The position numbers and the translations under genes are program-made. Shown piece by piece: positions 39,894 through 49,950 of a DNA stretch of 64,000 nucleotides; the first letter of the stretch is position 1; each line of letters starts with the position of its first letter. The notes below the pieces were generated by a model that saw only the letters and a program-made list of their open reading frames with translations, made no database searches and was not told the origin of the DNA. This DNA is from an uncultured Alphaproteobacteria bacterium (GTDB taxonomy: Bacteria > Pseudomonadota > Alphaproteobacteria > CAAHEQ01 > UBA3637): assembly GCA_934203105.1 (NCBI GenBank), contig CAKPYQ010000002.1:8277-72276 (forward strand), in the 5' to 3' direction.

Positions 39894-40012
39894 TATGCGG
39901 ATAAAACGGGGAAGATTCGGCCGACCGGAGCCGAGGAGTTCGGTGACCGCAGGTCACGATGTCCGCAAGGACAGTCCCGACGGCGTCCAGCCGCGGGATA
40001 AGCGCAGCTTAC

Positions 40013-40064
40013 AATCTCTCCCCATCCGCCAACAAAAAAAGCGTCCGATAAGGGCGCCTTTTTT
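40013..40064. repeat. 52-bp direct repeat, copy 2. A GC-rich 119-bp segment lies between the copies.
   Basis: See copy 1. The segment 39894-40012 is about 60% GC, whereas the surroundings are below 40%. Confidence 0.8.
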
Positions 40065-40128
40065 AAAAAAATCTAAATTAAAACTTTTTTCCTTTGCTTT
40101 TTTGTGCATAATCGAGTAAATTATCCCT

Positions 40129-41325
40129 ATGATGAAAATGAATCGCTTTATTTTTGCTGCTTTGCTGATTTTCTGCGCTGTTGTGGCGCGGGCTGATCAG
40201 GATTTTGAAAGTTGGAAAACCGATTTTTATCAGCAGGCTTTGTCTCATAAAGTTTCAAATGCAATTTTGGATAAATACTTTGTAAATGCCGAGTACTTGC
40301 CGCGGGTTATAGAGTTAGACAGAGCTCAACCGGAATTTACTTCCAGTTTCGGCAATTATATGAAACGTGCGGTTTCCGATACGCGAATCTCAAAAGCCAA
40401 ACAATTGTTAAAAAATCACAGCCGTATCTTTGGACGCGTTGAAGAGTTGTACGGCGTTCCGGCGCATTATTTATTGGCTTTTTGGGGCGTTGAAACAAAC
40501 TTTGGTGCAGTAAAGGGGAAAATAAATACGCTGAATGCGTTGGCAACATTGGCTTTTGATCCGCGTCGCAGCGGCTTTTTTTCCGAACAGTTAGTGACTT
40601 TGTTAAAGATTTTAGAGCGTGAACATATCGATGTCCCGACCGGATCTTGGGCCGGCGCTTTCGGGCATTTCCAATTTATGCCGACCACATTTTACCAATA
40701 CGCAGTCGATGAAGACGGTGACGGCAGAGCCGATATCATACATTCTTTTGATGATGCCGTTGCTTCGGCAGCGAATTATTTAAACAAAATGGGCTGGCAA
40801 AGGGACCAAACTTGGGGACGTGAAGTTGTTTTATCGGATTTAAGTGTTGTCGAAAAATTGGGTGAAAAGCACACCTTAAAAGAGTGGACAAAGTGGGGCA
40901 TAAAGCGCGCTGACGGACAAGCTTATAAACCGCAAGAAGAGGATATTTTGGCCGAATTGGTTATGCCCGAAGGCGTCAATGGGCCGGCTTTTTTAACATA
41001 CAAAAACTTTGATGTTATCAAACGTTGGAACAGATCCGATTTTTATGCTTTGGCGATTGTGGTTTTGGCCGACAATATTATCGATCGCGATACTTTGAAT
41101 ATAGCTGCTTTGGACATTAAACCCAATTTAAAAAACGAAGATGTAAAAGCTGTGCAACAAGCTTTAAAAAACAAAAATATGTATGATGGAAAAACGGACG
41201 GCCGTATGGGCAGTGGAACAAAAAAAGCGCTGAAAGCTTATCAAAAAGCAAATCATTTACCGGCGGACGGGTTTTTATCTGTTGACTTATTTAATAAAAT
41301 AACCAATCAAAAAGGGGATAAGTAA
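40129..41325 (+). CDS. Lytic murein transglycosylase (MltB/Slt-like) with a C-terminal peptidoglycan-binding domain
   Basis: The signal peptide is MMKMNRFIFAALLIFCAVVARA. A transglycosylase core is present. The C-terminal PG_binding_1-like motif is VKAVQQALKNKNMYDGKTDGRMGSGTKKALKAYQKANHLPADG. Confidence 0.75.
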   Translation: MMKMNRFIFAALLIFCAVVARADQDFESWKTDFYQQALSHKVSNAILDKYFVNAEYLPRVIELDRAQPEFTSSFGNYMKRAVSDTRISKAKQLLKNHSRIFGRVEELYGVPAHYLLAFWGVETNFGAVKGKINTLNALATLAFDPRRSGFFSEQLVTLLKILEREHIDVPTGSWAGAFGHFQFMPTTFYQYAVDEDGDGRADIIHSFDDAVASAANYLNKMGWQRDQTWGREVVLSDLSVVEKLGEKHTLKEWTKWGIKRADGQAYKPQEEDILAELVMPEGVNGPAFLTYKNFDVIKRWNRSDFYALAIVVLADNIIDRDTLNIAALDIKPNLKNEDVKAVQQALKNKNMYDGKTDGRMGSGTKKALKAYQKANHLPADGFLSVDLFNKITNQKGDK

Positions 41326-41328
41326 AGT

Positions 41329-42300
41329 ATGAAAAAGGTTGTTTTTTCGTTGATTTTGGCTTGTGTAATGACGGCCGGTTGCACCGATAACGGTTTATTG
41401 TTGCGATCAAACGGCAAAGATTATATTACACATGATACAAACGGCGTTTATAAAGTAGGTGAGCCTTATCAAATCAATAGTATTTGGTATCGACCGGAGG
41501 AAAATTATAAATATAAAGAAGTGGGCATCGCTTCATGGTACGGCCCCGATTTTCACAAAGGCATCACAGCAAACGGAGAAACTTACAATATGCACGAAAT
41601 GTCGGCGGCACACAGAACTTTGCCTTTGCCGTCAATTGTAAAAGTAACGAATTTGGACAACGGCAAATCCGTGATTGTACGCGTCAATGATCGTGGTCCT
41701 TTCGTCAACAATCGCGTCATTGATTTATCAAAAGCTGCGGCGGAAAAGTTGGACTTTATCGACAAAGGAACAGCAAAAGTTCGTGTTGAAATTTTGGCCG
41801 ATGAAAGCAAAGATTTAAAGAAACGTATTTTGTCAAACGGCGGAAAAGCGGTGGGCGGTGCTCCGATTGGTGATGTTTCTGATGCAGAAGATACCACGCA
41901 AACGGCATTGCCTGAACCGATTGTTTTAGTCCCCAATGACGTCGTCGTTGACGATGAAATGTCGCTAAACGGGGCAGGGGCCTTTGATAAGTCAATTGCT
42001 GATGATGCGCCGCTTTATTCGCCTAAAACGGGGGCAAATCCTATGTTCAAAAAAGCGGTGGCAGAAAAGGGAAATTATTATATCCAAGCCGGCGCCTTTT
42101 CGCAAAAAGCAAATGCTTTGGCTGTTAAAAACCGCTTGTCGTCTTTCGGCCCTATTTTAATCCAAGAAGTCAACAATGGCGGTCGTACAATTTATCGTGT
42201 CCGAATTGGAGCTTTTGAAACGGGCGCTATGGCGGCGGAAGTTATGGAACAAATCGAATCTTCCGGTTATTCAGATATCAGATTAGTGCAAGAAAAATAA
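41329..42300 (+). CDS. rlpA: Septal ring lytic transglycosylase RlpA (DPBB domain plus C-terminal SPOR domain), lipoprotein
   Basis: The lipobox is [11 protein letters not shown]. The DPBB motifs are [17 protein letters not shown]...[11 protein letters not shown]-terminal SPOR-like domain ([14 protein letters not shown]...) follows. Confidence 0.8.
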   Translation: MKKVVFSLILACVMTAGCTDNGLLLRSNGKDYITHDTNGVYKVGEPYQINSIWYRPEENYKYKEVGIASWYGPDFHKGITANGETYNMHEMSAAHRTLPLPSIVKVTNLDNGKSVIVRVNDRGPFVNNRVIDLSKAAAEKLDFIDKGTAKVRVEILADESKDLKKRILSNGGKAVGGAPIGDVSDAEDTTQTALPEPIVLVPNDVVVDDEMSLNGAGAFDKSIADDAPLYSPKTGANPMFKKAVAEKGNYYIQAGAFSQKANALAVKNRLSSFGPILIQEVNNGGRTIYRVRIGAFETGAMAAEVMEQIESSGYSDIRLVQEK

Positions 42301-42315
42301 AGGAGTTTTTAAAAA

Positions 42316-43470
42316 ATGAAACGTTTAATTTTGGGTTGTGTTTTTTTAGGCTTGTCCGGAACATCTTTTGCGGCGCCGGCTTTTGATACGCTTGCAACGC
42401 ACGCATATTTGGTTGATTATGATACCGGTGCGGTTTTATTGGACAAAAACGCCGATGAATTGATGCAACCGGCGTCAATGAGTAAGTTAATGACGGCCTA
42501 TATTTTATTTGAAAAAATCCAAAGCGGGCAAATTAAGTTGGACGATACATTCGAAGTCAGTACAAATGCATGGAAAAAAGGCGGCGAAAAAAGCGGCAGC
42601 TCGACGATGTTTTTAAAGCCTCATTCAAAAGTAAAAGTCGAAGATTTAATCAAAGGTATTATCATTCAATCCGGCAATGACGCTTGCATTACGGTTGCGG
42701 AAAATATCGCCGGATCGGAGGAAAATTTTGCGCAGGAAATGACTTTGCGGGCGCGGGAAATCGGATTGGAAAAAAGTACGTTTAAAAATGCAACCGGTTG
42801 GCCGAACAAAGAACATTTGATGACCAGCAAAGAGTTGGCAATGCTTGCCAAAAAACTGATTACTCAATTCCCTGAATTTTATAAATACTATTCTGAAAAA
42901 AGCTTTAAATACAACGGTATAAAGCAAGAAAATCGCAATCCGTTGCTTTATTCAATGCCGGATCAGGCGGACGGTTTAAAAACCGGACATACAACAAAAT
43001 CCGGTTATGCTTTGGTCGGATCTGCCAAAAGTAAAGATGGAAAACGGCGTTTAATTTTGGTCGTAAATGGTTTAAAGTCAATGAAAGAACGCGGCGCCGA
43101 AGCCAAAAAAATTATGGAATGGGGATTAAGAGAGTTTGAAAATTACAGCTTATTCAAAGACGGCCAAACTGTCGCGGACATTCCGGTTTGGTTGGGCGCA
43201 GATGAAACCGTTCCGGCGGTGTTATCAAAAGACGCTTTAGTGACCATTCATCGCTTGGACAAACCGAAAACAAAAGTGATTGTCAGCTATGACAGTTGGG
43301 TAAAAGCTCCGGTAAAAAAAGGCGCTCAAATTGCGTCTTTGAACGTGATTTTACCGGACGGTATGACGTACCGTTTCCCGTTGGTTGCGGCAAAAGATGT
43401 TGAAAAGATCGGCTTTTTCGGTAAAATGAAAGCGGCAATTTCGTCATTGTTTTATGGACAACAAAAATGA
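42316..43470 (+). CDS. dacC: D-alanyl-D-alanine carboxypeptidase (PBP5/6 family)
   Basis: The SXXK (ASMSKLM), SGN (QSGNDA) and KTG (KTGHT) motifs are present, with a signal peptide. Confidence 0.8.
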   Translation: MKRLILGCVFLGLSGTSFAAPAFDTLATHAYLVDYDTGAVLLDKNADELMQPASMSKLMTAYILFEKIQSGQIKLDDTFEVSTNAWKKGGEKSGSSTMFLKPHSKVKVEDLIKGIIIQSGNDACITVAENIAGSEENFAQEMTLRAREIGLEKSTFKNATGWPNKEHLMTSKELAMLAKKLITQFPEFYKYYSEKSFKYNGIKQENRNPLLYSMPDQADGLKTGHTTKSGYALVGSAKSKDGKRRLILVVNGLKSMKERGAEAKKIMEWGLREFENYSLFKDGQTVADIPVWLGADETVPAVLSKDALVTIHRLDKPKTKVIVSYDSWVKAPVKKGAQIASLNVILPDGMTYRFPLVAAKDVEKIGFFGKMKAAISSLFYGQQK

Positions 43471-44102
43471 ATAAAGGTCGTTTTATTACATTAGAAGGCG
43501 GCGACGGAGCCGGTAAATCAACGCAATGCAAATTGTTGCAACAGTTTTTGTTGCAAAACGATATTGATTGCATTTTGACGCGTGAACCGGGAGGAAGTCC
43601 CGCCGCAGAAGAATTGCGACAGGTTTTGTTATCCGGTAACAAGGACAAATGGGATTCGGTTTCTGAAACATTATTATTTTTTGCCGCGCGGCGCAGTCAT
43701 TTAGTCGATAAAATTTGGCCGGCGATCAATCAAGGTCAGTGGGTCATTTCGGATCGTTTTGCCGATTCGACGATGGCTTATCAAGGATACGGCCGCAATG
43801 ACGGTTTGTTAACGGCAGACGATATTCATTGCTTATACCGCTTGGTAGCCAAAGATTTTAAGCCCGATTTAACTCTGATTTTGGACATTGATCCGGCTCT
43901 TGGTTTACAACGCGTGTGCAATCGTGGCGCAAAAGACAGAATGGAAGGTATGGATTTATCTTTTCATCATAATTTACGCGCGGCTTTTTTGGATATCGCG
44001 CAAAAAGAGCCAAATCGCTGCGTCGTTATTGATGCATCGCAAACGCCGGATAAAATCCACGCTGATATTATCAAAGTAGTTCGGGAGCGCTTATTCAAAT
44101 GA
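43467..44102 (+). CDS. tmk: Thymidylate kinase
   Basis: The P-loop is ITLEGGDGAGKST, with LID region motifs. Confidence 0.85.
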   Translation: MNKGRFITLEGGDGAGKSTQCKLLQQFLLQNDIDCILTREPGGSPAAEELRQVLLSGNKDKWDSVSETLLFFAARRSHLVDKIWPAINQGQWVISDRFADSTMAYQGYGRNDGLLTADDIHCLYRLVAKDFKPDLTLILDIDPALGLQRVCNRGAKDRMEGMDLSFHHNLRAAFLDIAQKEPNRCVVIDASQTPDKIHADIIKVVRERLFK

Positions 44103-45055
44103 TAATGCCGGCGGATAAAAGCTTTGAGCAGTTAAAACAGATTTTGGCTTCTGGAAAATTAGCCGGATCTTGGCTGATTACGGGGCCTTTTGGTGTCGGC
44201 AAATCGACAATGGTACGTCGCTTTGTCTCTTATCTGTTAACGGGCGATGAAACACCGCTTGATTTTCACGGCGATTTGAAATGGATCGAGCGCGATTACA
44301 CCGAAGAAGAAAAAAAAGACATTATTCAAACATTAAATTCGGGCAGGGCGTTAGATCCCGATTCAGAGCAATCCAGAGCCAAAAAAGCCGAAATTACAAT
44401 CGATGACATTCGAAGCGGGATTCAATTTTTGTCTTTAACATCAGCCAACCAAAATTGGCGGGTAATGGTGATTGATTCGGCCGATGATATGAACGAAAAT
44501 GCAGCGAATGCGTTGTTAAAATTGTTGGAAGAACCGCCGGCACATACTGTTATTTTCTTAATTTCGCATAATATGGGTAAATTGTTGCCAACCATTCGTT
44601 CCCGGTGTCGTCAAATAATGGTATCTCCTTTGTCCGACCCTTTGATGAAAGGCTTTATTTTAGAGCATTATCCGCAAGCTCAAAACATTGATGCATTGCT
44701 TTCGTTTTTTGATGGAAGTGTCGGAAAATGCAAAAACTTTTTTGAAAATAACGGTGTCGAAGTCTATCAGAAAATGTTGCAATTTTCCGAAAATCCTTTA
44801 ACCCAAATCGGGGCAATTATGGACTTTGCCGACAAAGTAGCCAAAGATGAAAAGTTGTATGCTTTGGTTAAAGATTTGTTGTTATTTTTATTATTTTCTT
44901 TGGCCAAAGACCCGAACATCGACAAAGATAAAAGAGATCAATATTTGGATCAATGGAGCCAAATCAACGCTTTATTAAAGGATATGGAAAACCTTTATTT
45001 GGATAAAAAAAGCGTCATAGCGCAAGTATTCTTAAAATTGGGAATAAAAAAATGA
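44099..45055 (+). CDS. holB: DNA polymerase III delta-prime subunit
   Basis: The Walker A-like motif is GSWLITGPFGVGKST. The gene context tmk-holB-tatD fits. A clamp-loader fold is inferred. Confidence 0.75.
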   Translation: MIMPADKSFEQLKQILASGKLAGSWLITGPFGVGKSTMVRRFVSYLLTGDETPLDFHGDLKWIERDYTEEEKKDIIQTLNSGRALDPDSEQSRAKKAEITIDDIRSGIQFLSLTSANQNWRVMVIDSADDMNENAANALLKLLEEPPAHTVIFLISHNMGKLLPTIRSRCRQIMVSPLSDPLMKGFILEHYPQAQNIDALLSFFDGSVGKCKNFFENNGVEVYQKMLQFSENPLTQIGAIMDFADKVAKDEKLYALVKDLLLFLLFSLAKDPNIDKDKRDQYLDQWSQINALLKDMENLYLDKKSVIAQVFLKLGIKK

Positions 45056-45837
45056 TTATAGACAGCCATTGTCATTTAACGTTCGAAGATTACGAAGATG
45101 AATTAGATACAGTCATTCAAAATGCCGTTCAAAAAGGCGTCGGAATGATTTTAAATGTAGCAACCAACAAAGACGAATATGCTTCCCTGATCGGGACATT
45201 AGAGCGTTATCCGTTTATTTACGGGGCTTTTGGTATTCATCCGGATTCAATTGATCCGGACAACATTATAACGCTTGATGAATTGTTGGATTTGCTACAT
45301 CATTTAAAAATTATCGGCGTAGGGGAAACTGGTTTAGATTATCATTACGAAACGATCGATCGCAAATATCAACAACAATCGCTTTATGTTCATATTGAAG
45401 CAGCAAGACGCACGCAAATGCCGTTGATTATTCACACCCGTGATGCGGACGAAGATATGGCCGCCATATTAAAAGAAAGTATGATTTATGAGCCTTTTAA
45501 AGCAATGTTGCATTGCTTTTCATCGTCTGAAAAATTGGCCAAAACAGCTTTGGATTTGGGGTGTTATCTTTCCATTTCCGGCATTGTGACGTTTAAAAAT
45601 TCGAATGATTTGCGTGAAATTGTCAAAAAAATACCGCTTGATCGGTTATTGGTTGAAACGGACGCGCCGTTTTTGGCGCCTGTTCCTTATCGTGGCAAAC
45701 GCAATGAACCGGCTTTTATCACCGAAACGTTTAAAGCGGTGGCAGACATTAAAAATATATCGCAGGAAAAATTAGCAGGACAATTGGAAAACAATTTTTA
45801 CACATTGTTTGATAAAAAATTAAAAAGGGAAGATTAA
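45052..45837 (+). CDS. tatD: TatD-family metal-dependent hydrolase
   Basis: The sequence MIIDSHCHL and conserved His/Asp/Glu ligands are present. Confidence 0.8.
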   Translation: MIIDSHCHLTFEDYEDELDTVIQNAVQKGVGMILNVATNKDEYASLIGTLERYPFIYGAFGIHPDSIDPDNIITLDELLDLLHHLKIIGVGETGLDYHYETIDRKYQQQSLYVHIEAARRTQMPLIIHTRDADEDMAAILKESMIYEPFKAMLHCFSSSEKLAKTALDLGCYLSISGIVTFKNSNDLREIVKKIPLDRLLVETDAPFLAPVPYRGKRNEPAFITETFKAVADIKNISQEKLAGQLENNFYTLFDKKLKRED

Positions 45838-45840
45838 ATT

Positions 45841-46629
45841 ATGGAAATAACGATTTTGGGGTGTGGCCCCAGTTATGGCGTTCCGACTGTTCGATACGGC
45901 TATGGATCTTGCGATCCGAATAATCCGAAAAATGCGCGGACAAGGTCTTGCATTTGCATCAAAGACAAAGATACAACATTATTATTTGATACACCGCCGG
46001 AGTTGCGTTTGCAATTGGTAAAAAACAATATAAGCTCCGTTGACGCAATTATTTTTACGCATATGCATTCGGATCACATTATGGGGATAGATGATGCGCG
46101 CGTATTCACTTACACGCCGTCGGAAGTCAGAGAACATGAAGTAACTCCGTTACCGATTTATATACACGAAAGCGATTTTGATGAATTTAAAACACGCTTT
46201 CCTTTTTATTTAAAGCCAATGACTTATATCGGCCAAGAAGAACCGCCATTTATTGCTCATTTGATAAAACCGTACCAAGAATTTACAATCAAAAACCTTA
46301 CTTTATTGCCGATTTTGCAAGACCACATGACATGTCGCACGTTGGGTTTTAAGATCGGTAATTTTGCGTACAATACGGATTTGATTGATTTTATCGACTA
46401 TGATTTGGAAAACTTAAAAGGCATTGATTTGTGGGTTTTGGATTGCGTGAACGAGCACCCAAATAAAAAGCACCTTTATTTGGAAAAGGCACTTCAATGG
46501 TTTGAAATTGTTAAACCAAAACGATTGGTATTAACGCACTTGGGCGCCAAAATAGATTACGATACCATTTCGGCCAAGCTCCCCAAAGGGGTAGAGCTGG
46601 CCTATGATGGTATGAAGCTTTTCATTTAA
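45841..46629 (+). CDS. MBL-fold metallo-hydrolase
   Basis: The HxHxDH motif is THMHSDHIMG. Confidence 0.65.
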   Translation: MEITILGCGPSYGVPTVRYGYGSCDPNNPKNARTRSCICIKDKDTTLLFDTPPELRLQLVKNNISSVDAIIFTHMHSDHIMGIDDARVFTYTPSEVREHEVTPLPIYIHESDFDEFKTRFPFYLKPMTYIGQEEPPFIAHLIKPYQEFTIKNLTLLPILQDHMTCRTLGFKIGNFAYNTDLIDFIDYDLENLKGIDLWVLDCVNEHPNKKHLYLEKALQWFEIVKPKRLVLTHLGAKIDYDTISAKLPKGVELAYDGMKLFI

Positions 46630-49154
46630 GACAAAGCCCTTGTAATTGTTTCCGTTAAATTGACCGACAAGTTCGGCGTTTGTGCAATTCGATTTAATTC
46701 GGATTTCATCAGCTGTTGGCGATGTGTATCAAAGCGCTTCCAACTGCATAACGGGTGAACAATGCTTTCGGCAATCTGCGGGTTGAGCGCATTTAATTTG
46801 ATGACAAAATCCGCAACCAAATGATAGCCCGAACCGTTCGGAGCATGGAAAGCCTTTAAATTATGCCCGAATACGCCGATCAAGGAGCGAACTTTGTTCG
46901 GATTTGTGATGACAAAATCGTCCGTTTCGATCAAACGTTGAACGGTCGCATATGTTTTTTCTTCTTCGACGGAAGCTTGCAACGCCAACCATTTATTGAT
47001 GACCAAAGCATCATCTTTGAATGTTTCGTGAAAGTCATTTAAAGCTTGCTCTGCAAAAGGTAAATCATTGTGCACCAATGCCGATAAAGCCGCAATTTTA
47101 TCCGTCATATTGGTTGCTTTTTTGTATTGGTTTTTGGACAAATCCGCCCATTGAGGCAACAATGATAAATATCCCAACGCCGCGTTTTTCAAAGCTCTTT
47201 TACCAGCTTGCGCCGGATCAGTTGAAAAAACGGTGTCTGTGTTAAACATATCATAAATTTCCTTTAAACGGGATTCGTTTTGGCGGGCAAAAGCCAAGCG
47301 CAAATCTTTGCGTAATTGTAAGACTTTATCCACTTCGAATGTTTGCATTTTTTCCCCGATGTAAGAGCTTGCCGGAAAAATAATTGCACGCGCCGTAAAC
47401 GCCGGATCAGTAGAGGCGATATCCAAATACGATGAAAATGCATCGATCAATGTTTGGAATACGGCCGGTTTTTCATCTTTTAAGGCTTTTAAAATTTCTT
47501 GCAACGCATACTCTTGACCGACTTCATAGCGGTTGAATAAATCGCTGTCATGTTTCATCAACAACAAACTTTCTTGGTCGGTATAGTGCATATCAATCGT
47601 CACCGGTGCAGTAAAGTTTCTGTTTATTGAAAGAACAGGGCGCTTTGAGATGTTTTCGAATGTAAAGGTCTGTTCTTTTTTATCCAAAATCAAAGTTTCA
47701 TTGACGACGTCGGCTCCCGTTTCATCGACCAAACCGATTGCAAGCGGAATCATAAAGACGGCATCGCTATCTTTCAAACTTTGCTTTAATGTCAACTGAT
47801 AAGTTTTTGTTTTATCATTATATTCTTGTTCAACATTGACGGTCGGACGACCCGCGACAGAATACCAATTCATAAACGGTTTTAAATCAATTTCGTTGGC
47901 ATCTTCAACGCATTTGACAAAATCATCGATTGTAACCGCTTGTCCGTCATGACGCGAAAAATACAAATCTGTTGCTTTTCTAAAACCCTCTTTGCCAACG
48001 ATTTTTTCCTGCATTCTGATCAATTCGGCGCCTTTGTCGTAAACCGTCGTGGTATAAAAGTTTTCAATCGTCGCGAAAGAATCCGGACGAACAGGGTGCT
48101 TTAAAGGCCCGTCATCAGATGGGAATTGATATAACTTTAACAAAGAAACATCGTCAATTCGCTTAACAACCGCCGAACGCATATCAGAGGAAAATTCTTG
48201 ATCACGGTAAACTGTAAAGCCTTCCTTTAACGACAAGTTAAACCAATCGCGTGCCGTTACTCTGTCACCGCTCCAATTGTGGAAATATTCGTGTCCGACA
48301 ACGCCTTCAACGTATTCATAAGTTGCATCTGTGGCCGTTTTTTCATCGGCAAGCAGGCACGAGTCATTAAAGATGTTTAAGCTTTTATTTTCCATTGCGC
48401 CGGCATTAAAATCCGGAACAGCAACGATGTTAAACAAATCCAAATCATATTCTCGTCCGAACTTTTCTTCGTCCCAACGCATCGCGCGTTTTAAGCTGTC
48501 CATCGCATAGTAAAGCCGTTCTTCTTTGCCTTTTTCGCAATAAATGCGCAAATCAACGTGACGCCCCGACATGGTTGTAAATTCGTCTTCGATATGCCCT
48601 AAATCGCCCGCCACCAAAGCAAATAAGTATGAAGGCTTTAAAAACGGATCATGCCAAACAACCGTATCGCCTTCATCTTTGATTTTGTTGCCGTTCGAAA
48701 GCAAAACCGGATATTGTTTACGATCCGCGTGAATGGTAACCGTGTATGTGCTTAACACATCGGGGTGATCCAAAAAATAGGTAATCGTGCGGAAACCTTC
48801 CGGTTCGCATTGAGTGGTAAACGTATTGTTTGAAATATAAAGCCCGCTTAAAAACGTGTTTGCTTTGGGGTTAATTTCAGTTTCGATATCCAAATCAAAG
48901 CAGTCCGGTAAGTTATTCAAAGTTAACCCTTCGTCATTTAAAAAGTATTCAGATGCGCTTAATAGCCGACCATTTAAAGCAATCGAGTTTAACTTTAAAC
49001 GTTTTCCGTTCAAAAATAACGGAGCGTTGTCAATTTTTTGCATTTTTAAATGGCTTTTAACAATTGTTTTTTCGGGATTTAAAGTAAAATCCAAATCGGT
49101 TGTTAAAATCCGGTATGCCGGAGCAATATAATCTTTACGATAAGTCAGTTTCAT
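46626..49154 (-). CDS. pepN: Aminopeptidase N (M1 family)
   Basis: GAMEN and HEYFHNWSGD...E zinc motifs are present. The protein is 842 aa. Confidence 0.9.
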   Translation of the reverse strand: MKLTYRKDYIAPAYRILTTDLDFTLNPEKTIVKSHLKMQKIDNAPLFLNGKRLKLNSIALNGRLLSASEYFLNDEGLTLNNLPDCFDLDIETEINPKANTFLSGLYISNNTFTTQCEPEGFRTITYFLDHPDVLSTYTVTIHADRKQYPVLLSNGNKIKDEGDTVVWHDPFLKPSYLFALVAGDLGHIEDEFTTMSGRHVDLRIYCEKGKEERLYYAMDSLKRAMRWDEEKFGREYDLDLFNIVAVPDFNAGAMENKSLNIFNDSCLLADEKTATDATYEYVEGVVGHEYFHNWSGDRVTARDWFNLSLKEGFTVYRDQEFSSDMRSAVVKRIDDVSLLKLYQFPSDDGPLKHPVRPDSFATIENFYTTTVYDKGAELIRMQEKIVGKEGFRKATDLYFSRHDGQAVTIDDFVKCVEDANEIDLKPFMNWYSVAGRPTVNVEQEYNDKTKTYQLTLKQSLKDSDAVFMIPLAIGLVDETGADVVNETLILDKKEQTFTFENISKRPVLSINRNFTAPVTIDMHYTDQESLLLMKHDSDLFNRYEVGQEYALQEILKALKDEKPAVFQTLIDAFSSYLDIASTDPAFTARAIIFPASSYIGEKMQTFEVDKVLQLRKDLRLAFARQNESRLKEIYDMFNTDTVFSTDPAQAGKRALKNAALGYLSLLPQWADLSKNQYKKATNMTDKIAALSALVHNDLPFAEQALNDFHETFKDDALVINKWLALQASVEEEKTYATVQRLIETDDFVITNPNKVRSLIGVFGHNLKAFHAPNGSGYHLVADFVIKLNALNPQIAESIVHPLCSWKRFDTHRQQLMKSELNRIAQTPNLSVNLTETITRALS

Positions 49155-49166
49155 TTTGTTTTCCCT

Positions 49167-49862
49167 TTATTTTGTTTTTTTCTCTGCTTTTGCTTTTGCT
49201 GTTTTCAGTTGATTTTTCCAATAATTTGCACGATCAATATTGACCGGAATGTCCGTTCCGCCGGAGTATATCGAAATCAAAGTTGCCATTGCATTTTGAT
49301 GGCCCTTTTCGGCCGCATATTCATAAAGCGTTAATGCCAAATGTGGTTCGGCTTTTCCCGAATATCCGCGTTCCAGCCAAACCGCCGCCGCATAGGTTGC
49401 ATTGATATCACCTTGCGCCGCCGCCAACAATCCCCAATCCAAAGCTTTTTCTTTGCTTTGAGCAACGCCTTCGCCGCGATCGTAAAGCAAAGCCAAAATA
49501 TATTGGGCGTCCTTTAATCCCAAATTGGCCGCATTTTCAAAATAACCGGCTGCCTGTGTCGGGTTGGCTTTGTCTTCGGCATTTTTGCCTTCCATTTCCA
49601 TTTTACCCAAAATATAAAAAGCTTGTGCATTTTTGTTTTGTGCCGCTTGTAATAAATGCGCCCTTGCTTTGCTGTAGTTTTGTTGACTTAAAGCCAGTAA
49701 ACCTTCCTGTAAATGTTGGCTTTCTGTCATATTGGCGTTTTTGTAAATTGGCAATAAAATGACAAATGAAAACAAAAATAAAAACGCACCCACCCAAAAC
49801 AGCGAGCGAACAGGGCGTAAATTTGACTTTTCACCCTTATTTTTACGGAACAAAGAAAACAT
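49167..49862 (-). CDS. Sel1-repeat protein with N-terminal membrane anchor
   Basis: An N-terminal hydrophobic helix is followed by Sel1/TPR-like units (AQAFYILGKMEMEG..., AQYILALLYDRGEG...). Confidence 0.65.
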   Translation of the reverse strand: MFSLFRKNKGEKSNLRPVRSLFWVGAFLFLFSFVILLPIYKNANMTESQHLQEGLLALSQQNYSKARAHLLQAAQNKNAQAFYILGKMEMEGKNAEDKANPTQAAGYFENAANLGLKDAQYILALLYDRGEGVAQSKEKALDWGLLAAAQGDINATYAAAVWLERGYSGKAEPHLALTLYEYAAEKGHQNAMATLISIYSGGTDIPVNIDRANYWKNQLKTAKAKAEKKTK

Positions 49863-49950
49863 TTTACACTCCTTTTTTAAAAAAAACTTGAAATATACAC
49901 ATAATATAAGATATATTTAAACCAACATCAACAAAAAAAAGGATTTTTTT

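Noticed and set aside
39694-40119. ORFs 39694-39957 (minus strand), 39816-40001 (plus strand) and 39895-40119 (plus strand)
   Set aside because: They run through the tRNA-Ser gene, its terminator and the duplicated att-like repeats. The amino-acid sequences have low complexity (Arg/Pro-rich) and the ORFs arise from the GC-rich insert.
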